A stretch of DNA of 59,605 nucleotides, filler included, from Catajapyx aquilonaris (GCA_000934665.2; 4 parts of 4 records of this genome joined end to end with filler, not necessarily neighbours in it), one strand, 5' to 3'. Counted from the first letter of the whole stretch, positions 25,021 through 37,522 are shown. Made by a program: numbers and translations. The notes: a model not told the origin generated them from the sequence alone.

Positions 25021-28000
25021 CTACCTATTCAGACTCATCATTATCTACAAAATATGAATTTATGTCCATGCAAATTGACTTGGGCGGGCAACCCGGAGTG
25101 ACTAAAACCCTTGTAACTGATCACTAGCTGCAGTGCTACTCCTTACCGACTACTTAGCGAAGTAGCCCTGCTGGAAGTGACTTGGAGACGCGAGGCTCTG
25201 GCGACCTTGATGAAAGTCCAACCGGGGAAAAATTATAATTATACAACGTTCGTCCAGCAATACAGTGCAGCCACGCATGGGAAAAAATGATCACTACTTT
25301 CACTACACAAATTAATATGAATCAGATTACTATAAGTAGTGTCTCATTACTGTATGGCGTCCCATAACTGTATGGTTTACCCCTACGCTGAATATAAACT
25401 GTAAAGATCGCTTGAATTTGTAAATAATTGACCGTTTAGTGGCGGATCATCTCAAACTACAGTTAATTGAATGAGGCTTATAACGTTTTAAATAGGGCTA
25501 TTGACACCTCCCATTATCAGTGAAATGAATAATTATTGCAATACATTAGCTGGAATATATTGCCAACCACTCCCTTTGGATTTTCTGCTATTGAAAATAG
25601 AAATGTGAATCTCGTACAATGGACCCTATGCGAACTAGTACTCGTACTTTAACTTGACAATGCACAGAAAGTTGACAGCTTATCACTACAGAGCTGTTAC
25701 TTTGTGTACAGAAGTTATTTTGTCACATAAACCACATAAATGATCTTGTTACAAATATGCCAGTTTTGGAAAAATGTCTCTCACTCTCTGGTGGCCAACA
25801 ACTACCAACTACATGTGCTTTATCCTAGGTATTGGAACAGCCCTAGAGGGCACTAATATGGTTTATCTGATATTTCCGTGGCTTTCCTGGTTGTCTTCCA
25901 GTCTGTCACTATGGTCCAAAAAGGCACATGCGTGCATATAATTTTGTATTCATGTCAGCATTGTTGTTCATTTGGGATGATCAGGACTCATTAGAGAAAG
26001 CCAACTGGACACACTTGCAGGGTTTATAGGCTGCTGTATACCCCACCCTTCCACAACTCTCCCAACCCTATCCCCTTACCGGTGGGACCACCCTTACAAA
26101 AAAAGAAAGAAAAATCCATTTGGCGGTTGTTTTCCTCTGGAAGCTTGTCTTAGGAGAGGAAGTTGGAGACTATTCCCTACAGGCCTTCCAAGGCGACACT
26201 GGCAGCTTCCTTCGGAAGGAAATTGACACCGAGCTCTCTCCTTTCCCTCTTCCACCTTCCCGCCTTCCAGTTTTCTACCTCCCTCCCTTCCTCCCCTTCG
26301 CACTTCTCTCTCCCATGCCTAGGGGAAAGTTTGGACGTCTAGAAACTTGATCTCGAGCTCGTCTCTTTCTTCTCCTTTTCCACCCCCTCCTTACAGTACC
26401 TTCTCGGCACCCAAAAGCAAAACAGCGTGATTAAGTGCCTGGCCCGCCAACTCACCCAGGATACAATCAGTCAAAGAGAGGGGGTGGGGAGGGAAAGAGG
26501 GGGAGAGGTGGCCCAGAGGCAGACCTTAGATTTTTTAGCATTTTTCTCCGAGACCAAAGCCAACTTTGTTCCTAAATCCCGGCAAATCCCAAGTGTCAAG
26601 ATGGGCGGTGGGACGGTGGGGGAGAGAAGGAGAATAGAAGAATTGCCGAACCTTATTTTCATGACCCAGGAGAGGTCGCGAGGAGGGAGGGAAGAGGAGG
26701 GAAGGAGACAAAAAATTCACGAAAGGTATTGCTTTGCTCATACTTGAGCAGATGCTGTTTTTATCCTATGCGAGAAACGTGAGCAAAATTACAACATGGC
26801 GTCTGCGCAACCAAGGTATGCCTATTGCATTCTGGAGATATCGCATCGACACTGCAGTAGAAAACGGATGGATGGGAGATAGCAATAGTTTTGTTCGATG
26901 GTTGCCCCGCGCTTATCTCATTAATGCCGTGCCCCGCCTGGGAAACACGCTCCATGAAAGTTTGCACCGAGCAAGAATTTTTGAATTTCCAACCGTGTGC
27001 TTAGGATTAGGAGCCGTAAGTCCTAGACGGGAAGATAGCACAGGGTCGACTCACCAGGTTATCGCTCAAGTTAAATGGTGTCCAACATAACACTCCCGAA
27101 ATTCGTGCATCGACCTGATTGCACTAGACAAATATACCCTCTGCACAACACAGAATGATTTATATGTCAAATTGACAACTGATAACTAATAGGCTATATT
27201 TTGCACAGGATCATTATGGAATCATAGTAAACAAAGGATAAAGCTCAAAGATCTATGTTGCTTTCAGTCAATGTATGAAGTTTCCAGCCTGTCAATGTCG
27301 ATAATACATAATAAGCTCCACGAAAATAATTTTTCCAACAGAGACCAGTGGGTAGCGTGGTCAATTCTCTACTGGAAAGAAAACCACTTAACCACTCCCG
27401 CGAGAGTGATCAGTGCGGGATTCGAACTCAGCTCCCAATGGGGTTGCGAGAAGCTGTATTAATTCTAATCCCGACAGACCCCAAACTTCCAGAATGGAAT
27501 TATATACTCTCTATAGCATTAAAATGCTCTGAATAAGAATAAAGGGTACTAATATATCCAACATTTTAAAATATGAATGTGGAAGTTTTTCAAATAATTA
27601 TTATCGATATCACTTTTTTAAACATGAGTAACATTGCATTTGAAAAAATCCATCTCTCTCCTTCTGCCACCACCCTTGATTTTGGCAAGGTGAGGGAAAT
27701 ATTATTTTGTGGGTGTCGGTATGTGCAACTTTGGCAAGCTAGTATTTCGCGAAGGAGAGAGGCGAGATTTTACAGCGAAATGGATTCCAAAAGGACTTTG
27801 GTGTGTAGCCGTACGTGCAAAGTAGAGGAAGAAGGGGTGGTGGGGGTCTGGAGAGGCTCGGGCACAAAAGGAGTCTGTAATTCCTGGTGCATGGTGTCAG
27901 GGACGAGCATGTGGAAAGTGGACCGAATCTGGAAACTGCGTGGCATTCATTTTGGGATGTTGGGGATAGTCGAGGTTGTGACTGTGTCGTGGATGTAGTG

Positions 28001-28592
28001 GGTGGCTTGTTTACAACAGACTGCCTCTTAAGCCATGCACTCATAGGGCCTAATGAGGCTCAGGAAAGCGAAACTTCCTGGCGATCCTCACACTGGTACT
28101 GTCTCCGCATTTCAGTGGCCAACTTCCACTTCATAATGTACCTGCCAATGTATAGTCGTCGCTTCCTCGCTCAACAACCCCATTCTTTACTGATCGCCCA
28201 TGTAGCCTGTGAATCCCAATCCCGAACAAATGCACCAGGTTTATTCATATAGGATGAAGGAAATAATGGGATTAGCGAAGTACTTAAAAGCGACAGTTTG
28301 CCAGGTATTTTGTCATGGCAGTAAGTTATGCACCTCGCAAAAATTATCCATGCGTGTTACTGCATTAAATTAAGCGGTGCATTACAGCTAAGCAGATTTG
28401 GTCGATCACTCTTAACTACACGTGAATCAGCACTTTGTGTAACACGGTTGTGAATTGTGCCATCTAAATGGATATAACAAATTAATAAATTAGATCAAAG
28501 GTACCGAATGTCTGATGTGATTAGCACTGAACCACTTACTTGATCTTTTTGTACGTTACGCTGTCAAACTTTAGAGCCACTCTCTTAAAATA

Positions 28593-28748
28593 CAGTCCGT
28601 TAAAATAATGAAAGAACAATATGATGTCGCGGTCAGATGTGCTTCCTGAGCATGCGCAGCGGAATGATTCGGGGACGTGATAGGAGGGAAGAGCCGTGTG
28701 GAGGCAGGCTTAACGTGACGTCATATCGTTCTTTCATTTAACGGACTG
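28593..28748. mobile_element. Small MITE with CAGTCCGTTAAA TIRs and TA flanks
   Basis: TA|CAGTCCGTTAAA...ATGAAAGAACAATATGATGTC ... GACGTCATATCGTTCTTTCATTTAACGGACTG|TA. Confidence 0.75.
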
Positions 28749-29277
28749 TAGTTGGGATAAACCCCTTACACAAAAAATGTGTTGTGGTTAGCTGAGTTGA
28801 ATTTGTGTTGTCCATGACGTCACTGGGTCAGTCAGTCTACCCACCATTTAGGTTCCTATTACGACTATTACGTCAAAGATCATCATTACTACTGTGTAAT
28901 TGACGCAAATATATTGATTGCATTATAACAATGACGTATAGATTATGTTCAGAGTGTTCATATCAGTGATAATGGTCTCTACAGCAATATCACTTGTAAG
29001 TAACTGTCATTAGAACAACTACCCATTACCCTAGGTTATTTTAAGATTGAATTCCCTCCGGCAGGAACTACGTGGTTTGGCTGGCCATAATATTGGGCTT
29101 TGATAATAATTTGATAACATCAATTAAATCAATTTCCCAATGTAAATTATATGAGAATGAGAGATGTCAAGCTCGCCTGCATCCTATAAAAATTATGTAG
29201 AAAAACAAAGAGCCAATAAGCTCGCTCTTACGTATTATAGTCTTGTTTTATGCGTTTTGTTATTGAAAAGAATAATA

Positions 29278-29470
29278 CAGGGTGATTCTCTCGAATCCGA
29301 ACCAAAACTTTCCTCAATAACTTTTAAATTATTGTATGGTTCTCAATTAAAATTGACATGTACGGTACTTACCTTGTAGGATGACAAACAAGTTCTGCCT
29401 AGAAAATATGCTGAAAATGGTCCCCTCCAGCATCCAAAAATATTTGAATGCGAGTCTGCATATTGGCGTA
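29278..29470. mobile_element. One end of a Tc1/mariner-type (CAGGGTG-terminal) element
   Basis: TA|CAGGGTGATT start resembling the ends of 45626-46323. No matching other end was found. Confidence 0.35.
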
Positions 29471-29729
29471 TAGTATAATCTAATCAAATATATATCTAAT
29501 CTATATAAAGCCCCAATCTAATATATATAAAGCCCCACGCCGAGGAGGAGGAGGAGGATGAAAAAGATTTCGCACTTCCCGGCGTCGCAGAGAGGTCGGA
29601 CTTACGCCGTTGGATTCCTTGCCCCCGGGTTACAGTGTCCAAAAATCCTCAAAACCGCGAATTTCCCAGCCGTTTTCGAGATCGCCAAATTAAATGTAGA
29701 CGCAAACCCGAGATCGCGAAATTAATGTA

Positions 29730-29829
29730 NNNNNNNNNNNNNNNNNNNNNNNNNNNNNNNNNNNNNNNNNNNNTTAATTAATTAANNNNNNNNNNNNNNN
29801 NNNNNNNNNNNNNNNNNNNNNNNNNNNNN
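29730..29829. other. Artificial assembly linker (44N-TTAATTAATTAA-44N)
   Basis: Same 100-nt structure as at 14815. Confidence 0.97.
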
Positions 29830-30841
29830 ATATAGGTTTTCGACACCTTAGAATTCATATTTGCTGTCAAAAATGCAAAAGGGTGCATCTTCAAAAAAGT
29901 TAACGGATTAGTTTAGAAGGCCCACTACCTCCCCCCCCTCCCTGATATCAGCCCAAGGAAGGTAGATTAGGGTCCCACTTATCTGACCCCCTCCTACTAC
30001 CATGACCAGCCCAAACCCTTGCACTGTTGCAATTTACAGCTCTACAATTTTTTTGAAGTTCATCATGTTCTGATTCCTACTATAGATCCAAAAATGCACC
30101 TGTTATTGATTTTTATTTCAGTTTTGCCAACGATTATAATAACAATCAAAACCGTGCCGTTTGTGATTTAACGCCAAACCTTAGATGACGACTCGCAATG
30201 ACAAGGAAATCCCAGGTGTTTGACCTCTTTTATTCCTGATCTGCCTGTCCTTGTCGTCCTTGACTTGAGGGTCTGGTATGTGCCCCCCGAGGGCATCGAG
30301 CCTATTCTCAGTATTTTGGGTATCCCCTCCCCAATAACCTTGAGTCCTTGACCCCGCAATCCCCCATCGACCACGGAGCCTGATGTGTTCCGCGGTGGGC
30401 CTGTGGAGGAACTGGTCTCTGATTGGCCACTGGCCGAATGGGCAGGCCCTTCTTCCAAGGAGGGGGGGCTGCCTCAATCGCCGTGGTGGAGTGGTCGGGG
30501 GGTCGAGCGGGACTACCGTGATGACGACAGACGGGATATGTTCCCTCCCGTGTAAATCAGCTGCCTACATTTGGCCGTGCCCGTCTGGGGAGTCGCCAGT
30601 TCCGCGGAGAGGTTCGGGAACCAAGCAATACGGCAGGGATAGGGCACTCGGAGGCTCTCAGTTATTAGCTCTTGATAGCACCAAGAGCTAAGTTATTAGC
30701 TCTTGATAGCACATACAGTGTGGGTGGTTGGGGGTGGCATCATGTGCAGGATGGTCCTGTTATTCAAGAATGAGGGAAAGATAAACTGGTGTGCCATTAT
30801 CTCCGCCAGGCCCCGGTCACTCCCCGCCCCCTTTTTGTGTG

Positions 30842-31017
30842 AGCTCTTCTCCCCCGCCAAGGGGGATTGCCACGGTGGTGCGGCAGTCTCGGATCAACAC
30901 CGTGGCAGTGATGATGCAAAATGGTTCAGAATTGCCCGCTAGGTAAGGCGCCACCTATCTTAGGATCCAATATTGCTCTGCCGCTGTGGCAATCCCCTTT
31001 GGTGGGGGAGAAGAGCT
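30842..31017. repeat. 37-bp inverted repeat around a ~100-nt spacer (MITE-like)
   Basis: AGCTCTTCTCCCCCGCCAAGGGGGATTGCCACGGTGG versus reverse complement AGCTCTTCTCCCCCACCAAAGGGGATTGCCACAGCGG (4 mismatches). Confidence 0.7.
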
Positions 31018-31115
31018 AAGCTCACATCAGGGGGAGCCACATACAGTAAAACTTTTATAAGTCGAATCTCCATGGGACTGGAAAAAAACTTCGAGTTATA
31101 GAAGATTCGAGTTAA

Positions 31116-31649
31116 GGGGGGTTCACACTAGCTGACGGTAGCATACGAAAAGAACGAACCGAAAGAGTGGGCCAATCCGAGCCCACTTGAGGATGACGAA
31201 AAGTGAAAGGGATTACTAAACGGAAAAGACGAAAGAAATGGACTTCTCACGGACACGGAATACGGAATACGGAGGCTTACGGACCTATCCACCAATGGAA
31301 GAGCCAGGAAAGCGGCAGGGGTGTGTCGAGCGAAAGTGAATGGGAAAGCCGGCAGCGCCTCTGGCGGGGCCAGGACGAAGGACATCAGTCGGGACTCGGG
31401 ACCCAGGGCGAGCGGGCCTCGGGAGATGGGAGAAGAGAAGGGTATGACCGTGGGTCCGAAGGGAGGGAGAGCCCGAGGGAGATCCGGCTTCCTCCCCGAG
31501 AATTCAAGCACAGCGCATGCGCTGCGGGATACGGAGGCTAAAGCAACGCCACTCGCTTTTGTGTCTGAACACCTTTCCCCTCTTTCCGTTCGTTCCGTCA
31601 TACCGTTCCGTTCGTTTCGTATGCTCCCGTCAGCTAGTGTGAACCCGCC
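31116..31649. mobile_element. PIF/Harbinger-like non-autonomous element inserted in a Tigger-like MITE remnant (starting ~31043)
   Basis: TIRs GG(G/C)GGGTTCACACTAGCTGACGG(T/G)AGCATACGAAA (~34 bp), TTAA/TWA flanks, and subterminal ACGGAA/TTCCGT repeats. Confidence 0.75.
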
Positions 31650-31897
31650 TTAACTCCAATGGACTATATGACGGGTAGTATGGTGTACGACTACAAGCCA
31701 TCACTTGCAACTCACTTCAGAAGGATTATTAGGAACAGGTCTGGTCTCTTCCGAATATCACAGGCAAAAATTATTGTGTATTCTATGAAACATCTGGGTG
31801 GCATCAAGGTTTCTTACGACATGGCTAGTGTGTGCTGGGATCAGTATACCATTCGGGATTCAATTAACCCACTGGTGATGCCTCCATAGGGGATGTA

Positions 31898-32040
31898 CTA
31901 TCGGTCTCTATTAGTTTCAGCCACTTTATCCTGGTATTGAAGCAACCCTTCGCACTAACCCCGTGGTGAGGAGGACTGGTGTGTGCGAAGGGTTGCTTCA
32001 AGACCATGATAAAGTGGCCGAAACTAATTGAGACCGATAG
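31898..32040. mobile_element. Hairpin MITE family CTATCGGT, copy 1
   Basis: ~58-bp TIRs, TA flanks, ~27-nt loop. Second copy at 50906-51051. Confidence 0.85.
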
Positions 32041-32609
32041 TACACAAGTATTCTGCCTCTGAAGAAGGCGAAAGTTAAGAACCTGCGTTCCCTTTGAAGT
32101 ATCTAAGCCCAGACAGCCACATGTATTACACTTCCCACTTTCGGGATACGGGATATGGACCTGGAATCTAACCCCTCTGGCTGCGAATAAAGGGGGAAAA
32201 AAGTCATGCTGTCTTTCTGTCTTGGTATCCTTTTACAGCGTGCAGCCTGTGATATTTGTGCGATGTGATACTCTGGGGCCGTCCAGAATGTATCTCCTGC
32301 TGATTTTCGGATGTTTAACCCCCCCCCCCNNNNNNNNNNNNNNNNNNNNNNCCCCCCCCCCCCCCTCTACCGCTACCAGCGTGACAGACTCCATGGACGG
32401 CCCTATGGATTTATTATTCTTCTTGAAAGAGAAACTTGAGGTTCTTCCTGGAACAGACTGTCGAAATAACTCCCCTCGAAATCCATTGGAGTTAGCTTAC
32501 TTCTGTATTCCACACGCCATGGAAGAGAAAACCGAAACAACTCCAAGAGGGCTTCTTGGGGATGGGGTTACTACAAATGTGTGATGTGCAGTACCTACAT
32601 GTCCGACAA

Positions 32610-34118
32610 TCATCGTTTCAACGTGGATGGGTGTTGAATCGTCCGCTGCAACTGCCCTGCAAATTCCATGCATGTGTGATGGTCCCTTCTATGCTTTCCG
32701 AGGGGGCTCCCGTCTGTGAGCTCTGGATCTACCTTTGGTATCTTAGGGCGTATATGGTCCACATGACGACGCATCTCCTGTCCTGCAGGTGTGACAGCAC
32801 TATAGGTCCTGGGGCCTTCAACAGCAGACACCACTCTTGGGATCCATGATTCCGGTTTCTTGAAATCTCGCACGTGAACAGCGTCTCCAGGTTCGAAGTG
32901 CGGGTCCTGCGGCGTTGTAGAATAATACTTTCTCTCTTATCTGATGGTCATTTCCTCAGGCAAATCTGGATGTAAGCGGTGGAGGGCAGTGTGTAGCCTC
33001 CGACCCATTAATATCTCCGATGGCTACCGTCCTGTAGATGATGTTGGTGTCGTGTGCTGTGCTAGCAAGAATCGAGCCACTTTCATCTTAATGTCACCTT
33101 CACTCATCTTCGCCAGCGCCTCCTTTGTCGTCTGTACCATCCTTTCCGCTTGTCCGTTAGAAGCTGGATGATACGGTGGCACTAGAATTTGACGAATGAC
33201 ATTCTTCTCCGCAAACTCTTGCATCTCTCGCGAAGCAAATGTTGCACCGTTGTCGGTAACCATAACATCGGGCAGACCGTTCGTTGCAAACAGTCTACGT
33301 GGCTCAATGATGGTGGATGTAGCGGACATCGAGCGCATGGGCAGCACCTCCAGCCACTTGGGAGTATGCGTCCACTACAATCAGATAAACGACGCCGTTG
33401 TGTCCCGCGAAGTCCATGTGTAAGCCGGACCATGGCTTCTTGGGGGTACTCCCAAGGATGTACTGGGGCTTTTGGTGGCAAGTGCCGTGTAGATTGGCAC
33501 TTGTCACATAGGCGAACGAATTGTTCCACCTCTGTCCAGTTGAGGCCACCACAGATAGCTACGTGATAACGCCTTCATGTGGCTTATGCCTGGGTGTCCC
33601 GCATGAAGTAACGTTGATGTGTCCTTCCTGGCTTGAGCAGGGATGACAACGCGAGTACCCCATAGCACGCACCCATTGTGAACAGACAATTCAGATGACC
33701 TTGTCCAGTACGGTAGCAGCTCCAAGTCATCAGGTTTGCTTGTAGGCCATCCCGAGAGACAGTAGCGCAGAACCTTATTCAAAGTTTGGTCCTTTGTGGT
33801 AAGTGCGGCAATAGATTTCGCACTCAGGGGAGACTTCGGGACGGATTCCAGTAGCAAGACTTCCATAGGGTCAGGTACAGCACAGTCAGGAACCTTCAGA
33901 GGTAATTTGCTGAGCCCATCTGCGTGTCCCATCTCTCCTGGTCGGTGTACTAGCGTATAATATGTAGCACGCCAGCATTAGGATCCACCTCAACATTCTG
34001 GGGGAAACTACTGTTGGAATGGGTTTGGCAGACTGAAGTAGTCCCAGCAATGGGTTGTGGTCGGTAACGAGACTGAACGTACGTCCAGCCAAGTATCTGT
34101 GGAAATGTTTCACTCCGT
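32610..34118 (-). pseudogene. Ty3/Gypsy LTR-retrotransposon pol remnant (RNase H C-terminus plus integrase; K02A2.6/Mag-like)
   Basis: KHFHRYLAGRTFSLVTDHNPLLGLL and HADGLSKLP (RNase H); LHAGHPGI...CDKCQ (HHCC zinc finger); PWSGLHMDFAG, VVDAYS, TDNGATF, PPYHPASNGQAERMVQTTK (DDE core); RRHVDHIR C-terminus. Several frameshifts; no LTR recognised. Confidence 0.93.
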
Positions 34119-34120
34119 AC

Positions 34121-37100
34121 CAGGGCTACAAAAATAAACTAAACGAAAGAGAAGTTTCGTTCCGACAGAAACGAAGACAAACGTTGTTAGTATACCATTT
34201 CGGTTCGGAAACGAAACTAAATTATCCGGACCACGTTCTGTTTCGTTACGGAAACGAAACGATCCCTAGGAACTGAAAGGGCGGTTCGAACTGAATCTCC
34301 TTGTTCTGTTTTCGTTTCGTTCCTCCGGATAAGGCTAATCGTTTCGGGAACCAAACATATCGGAACCTGGGTAAGCGGTTTCATTTCGGGTACGGAAACC
34401 GTTGCTCTGCCGCCTACGTAGAGGCAGCACACTGGTTACTGGTATGGTGGGTTGCCAGTTTGCCACATTTTGAGAAATCCTGGCCTATATAGTACAGGCC
34501 ATACTGGACGGTTGGCAGTACGGAATATTATCATTAGCGTTGTCATACGTGCGATGGGCACCTCGGTCTCATTTGACTACCTACTACATCCTGCTGGTGT
34601 CGAGACTAGACTGCATCGAAATCTCATTTCAAGATGAGTTACGACCAAGGTGAAGGTGCGTGGAGCATCTGAAAGTGCACGGAAGAGGTTTTGGACGACC
34701 GCCATTAGAATTCATCCGGAAGTATTTTGCGTACGACCCCCATACCAACAAGTCCACTTGCTGCATTAGCAACTGCGGCACTCTGATGAAAGTAAGTACT
34801 CTGATAATATTATCGTCTTCCTGTTTGAACACTTTGAACTGTCCGTGCTTAGGTAGTACTTGGTATTCTTTGCCAAGGCCTGAATGCGGCCCAGTACGTA
34901 GGGATGCCAACTGGCGCCATTCGGTATTTAAGTATTTGACGCATGGTACTGACGTTTTGCACGGCACGGGTAAGCAAATTGAGGCGAGGGTTCACTTGCG
35001 CTAGTGTTCGTAGAGGAGAAGTCGTTGTTTTGGGATTTAAAACAACAGGAATGTATTTTCTTACGACATTAGCATTCTGGCCATTTTACCACCCCATTTT
35101 CTTCGCTGGTTCCTACACTTGCTTCAACATTTTATCCGGATACCCGGACTTTCGGGTATCCGGATATCCGAACCTGTTTGGGAATGACTCTACTTACAGT
35201 AACTGCCGTCAGATGGCAGCACATATAGAACATTATATTGACAGTGGCCCCGATGTTTCTGGTGCTCTCCAATCCTGGTCAAGTATCTATAATATCTAAT
35301 ATGTTCCTCATCCCTTGTTTTCAGGGGCGTCATGCGGGAAATCTGCAAAAGCATATCTTCAGCAACCATCCTACAGAGACCCTTGCCATCGCCCAGAAAA
35401 GAAAGGAACTCAAGGAACTGATGGATTCTGAAGCAGCGTCAACTTCACGCCAGGACAACAACAGTGGACGGAAACGGAATAGTGCATTCATACAAATTCA
35501 GATGCATGCGACGCAGTTGAAGAAGGCGTGCTGCGAACTGGTCATTGTGAATGGCAGGGCACTGAGTCTACTTGACGATTCTGGGATGAGAGTGATCTTA
35601 GATCCAATAATAGAGGCTATCAACAAGACCACCCCAGACAAGATCACAATACAGTATATTAATAGGCAGACCGTGAAGGTAGAGGTGACGGCCGCAGCCA
35701 CAGCACTGCGGGAGGAGATACGAGCTGAGGTTAAAGACAAGTATGTGTGCCTGAAGGTTGACACAGCCACGCGTCTGGACCGCCAGCTAATGAGTGTCAA
35801 TGTGCAGTATGCAGCTGGAGGGAAGTTGGTGCTCCGGAATTTGTGCATGAAGGAGCTGTTCAGCAGTCACACCGCAGAACATCTCAAAGAAGAAATTGTC
35901 CATGTCCTGAGAGTGTTTGGCATCGACGTCACGAAGGTCCACGCTGGTACGTCAGATAATGCCAAGAACATCGTCAAGGCGGTATCCATCCTGGGCAAAG
36001 GCAGTGTAGGCCTGCTGGACACTTACTCCAGACGAGGGCATGTGCGCTTTACATGCGCCCAGCTCTCAGAGGAAGAAAACGATTTGCCTGACGACGACTA
36101 AGAGCGCGAGAGGCAGGTCGTGCGGGGTGGGTCTTCGAGCAGTACCAGTAGCACTCTGTCACAGTCACAAGAAGAGTCACTTCTGGAGCCCCAAGACGAT
36201 CCTGACAATATGTCAGGGTCCGAAGACTTCCAATCAGACGCCAGCACTGGTGGTCAGACTACAGACAATGAGTCCGCCGGAGAATCCCCAACCCCGTCTC
36301 AGTCCCGAATCAGTAGGGAACCTGGTCGCGTCCCATGCACCGAATGCCAAGTGCTCCACATCAGCCCCATAGAGGAGTTCGGTGTGCTAGGCGTGCGGTG
36401 CGCGACGCACACACTGCAGCTCGCGGTGGCAGACGCGATGAAAGCAGTCAGCATCAACCCGCTCATCGCAAAAGTCAGAAAGCTGGTTAAGTCACTGCGC
36501 ACGCCCACTGTTGCCACACTCTTGAAGCGTCTTGGGTACAAGAAGCCAGGTATTGATGTGGTGACGAGGTGGGGATCAACGTTTGACATGCTATCAGGCC
36601 TGCTGAGTCTGCGAGATGCATGTGAAAGTGTCGCCTGTGGGGAGGCGAAGTCAAAAACCAAGGGCAGGATAACCAAAAGGATGAAGACGACGAATCTGAC
36701 GGAGAGGGAGTGGAAGTCCGTGGAAGCGTTTTGCAACTGCCTCGAGCCAGCGAAGAAGGCCATGGCCTTCTTCGCTGGCTCGAGGCAGTTGTGCACAAAG
36801 TCCTTGCAGTGTGAGCAGCACCATTGGAGACTTCTACGGTACATGGATTCGCTGCAAGGAAGACACCCGGAAGGCAAACCACCCCCTTGCCGTCGGACTC
36901 GTTTCCGCCATGTGCAAACGTGAAAAGGATTTGCTGGCCTGAGGCATTTACTGCAGCTATGTACATGGATCCGCGGTACCGAATCATGCTTTCCCACGAT
37001 GAGTTGGTGCTAGCAGAAGTTTATCTGCAAGCACTATGGGTCCGCATGAAGGAATCGGAGCAAGGGGAGAGCGGCGATGCCAGCATTCAAGCAATGGCCA

Positions 37101-37498
37101 CAGAAAATGTTGATAGTCATGATACTGATACTGATGCCAACGTCGAGGATGACCCTATCGAGATGATGCTACGTGCACGGGAGAGGCAGCAGTTGGCAGA
37201 AAGGAACAGCTGTGAGGGGCAGGTGAGCATCGCTAAGCTTCTCAATGCATACTCAAAAACTCCGCGTATTCCGACAAGGACTGACATATTGCAGTATTGG
37301 GAAGCAAGGAAAAAATCTGATCCACAGCTGTACCAGCTCGCTATGGTCACCCTTTCAGTGCCGATGACGCAGGTGAGTGTGGAAAGGACTTTTTCACACC
37401 TGCGTCAAGTTCTCTCCATCCTGAGGTACAGTCTGTCAAGTGAAATAATCAACTACATACTGCTGTTGAGATGCAACTGTTTGTTAATGGCACATTGA
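34121..37498 (+). mobile_element. hAT-superfamily DNA transposon (right end not identified)
   Basis: Begins CAGGGCTAC where the Gypsy sequence stops. Dense subterminal GAAACG/CGTTTC repeats (34140-34400), followed by a hAT transposase gene. Confidence 0.85.
34634..37498 (+). pseudogene. hAT transposase pseudogene (BED zinc finger, DDE core, dimerisation domain) with one intron at 34792-35324
   Basis: A phase-0 GTAAGT...TTTCAG intron joins CCISNCGTLMK to GRHAGNLQKHIFSNH (BED). Further motifs: LKVDTAT (D1), TSDNAKNI (D2), RCATHTLQL (CxxH), TRWGSTFDM, MDPRYR, YW...PQLYQLA...PMTQVSVERTFS (E / dimerisation). In-frame TAA at 36099; frameshifts near 36820 and 36935. Confidence 0.92.
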
Positions 37499-37522
37499 CC
37501 AATGAACATTTTAAGGGCGGTA

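Larger units (their letters stand above)
20811..25387 (-). mobile_element. Decayed pogo-like DNA transposon that hosts the Academ insertion
   Basis: Perfect 29-bp TIRs CGTAGGGGTAAACCATACAGTTATGGGAC (20811-20839 / 25359-25387) and subterminal ACAGT..TGGGACAC repeats. A weak CENP-B-like HTH remnant on the minus strand near 24610-24780 (TAAEGKEIAHW...NNSLLGR) supports only a tentative superfamily call. Confidence 0.65.

Noticed and set aside
29494..29729. ATCTATATAAA-type Helitron 5' end with a short tandem duplication
   Set aside because: Low-complexity motif, and the sequence is cut by the linker before any 3' hairpin or CTRR end.
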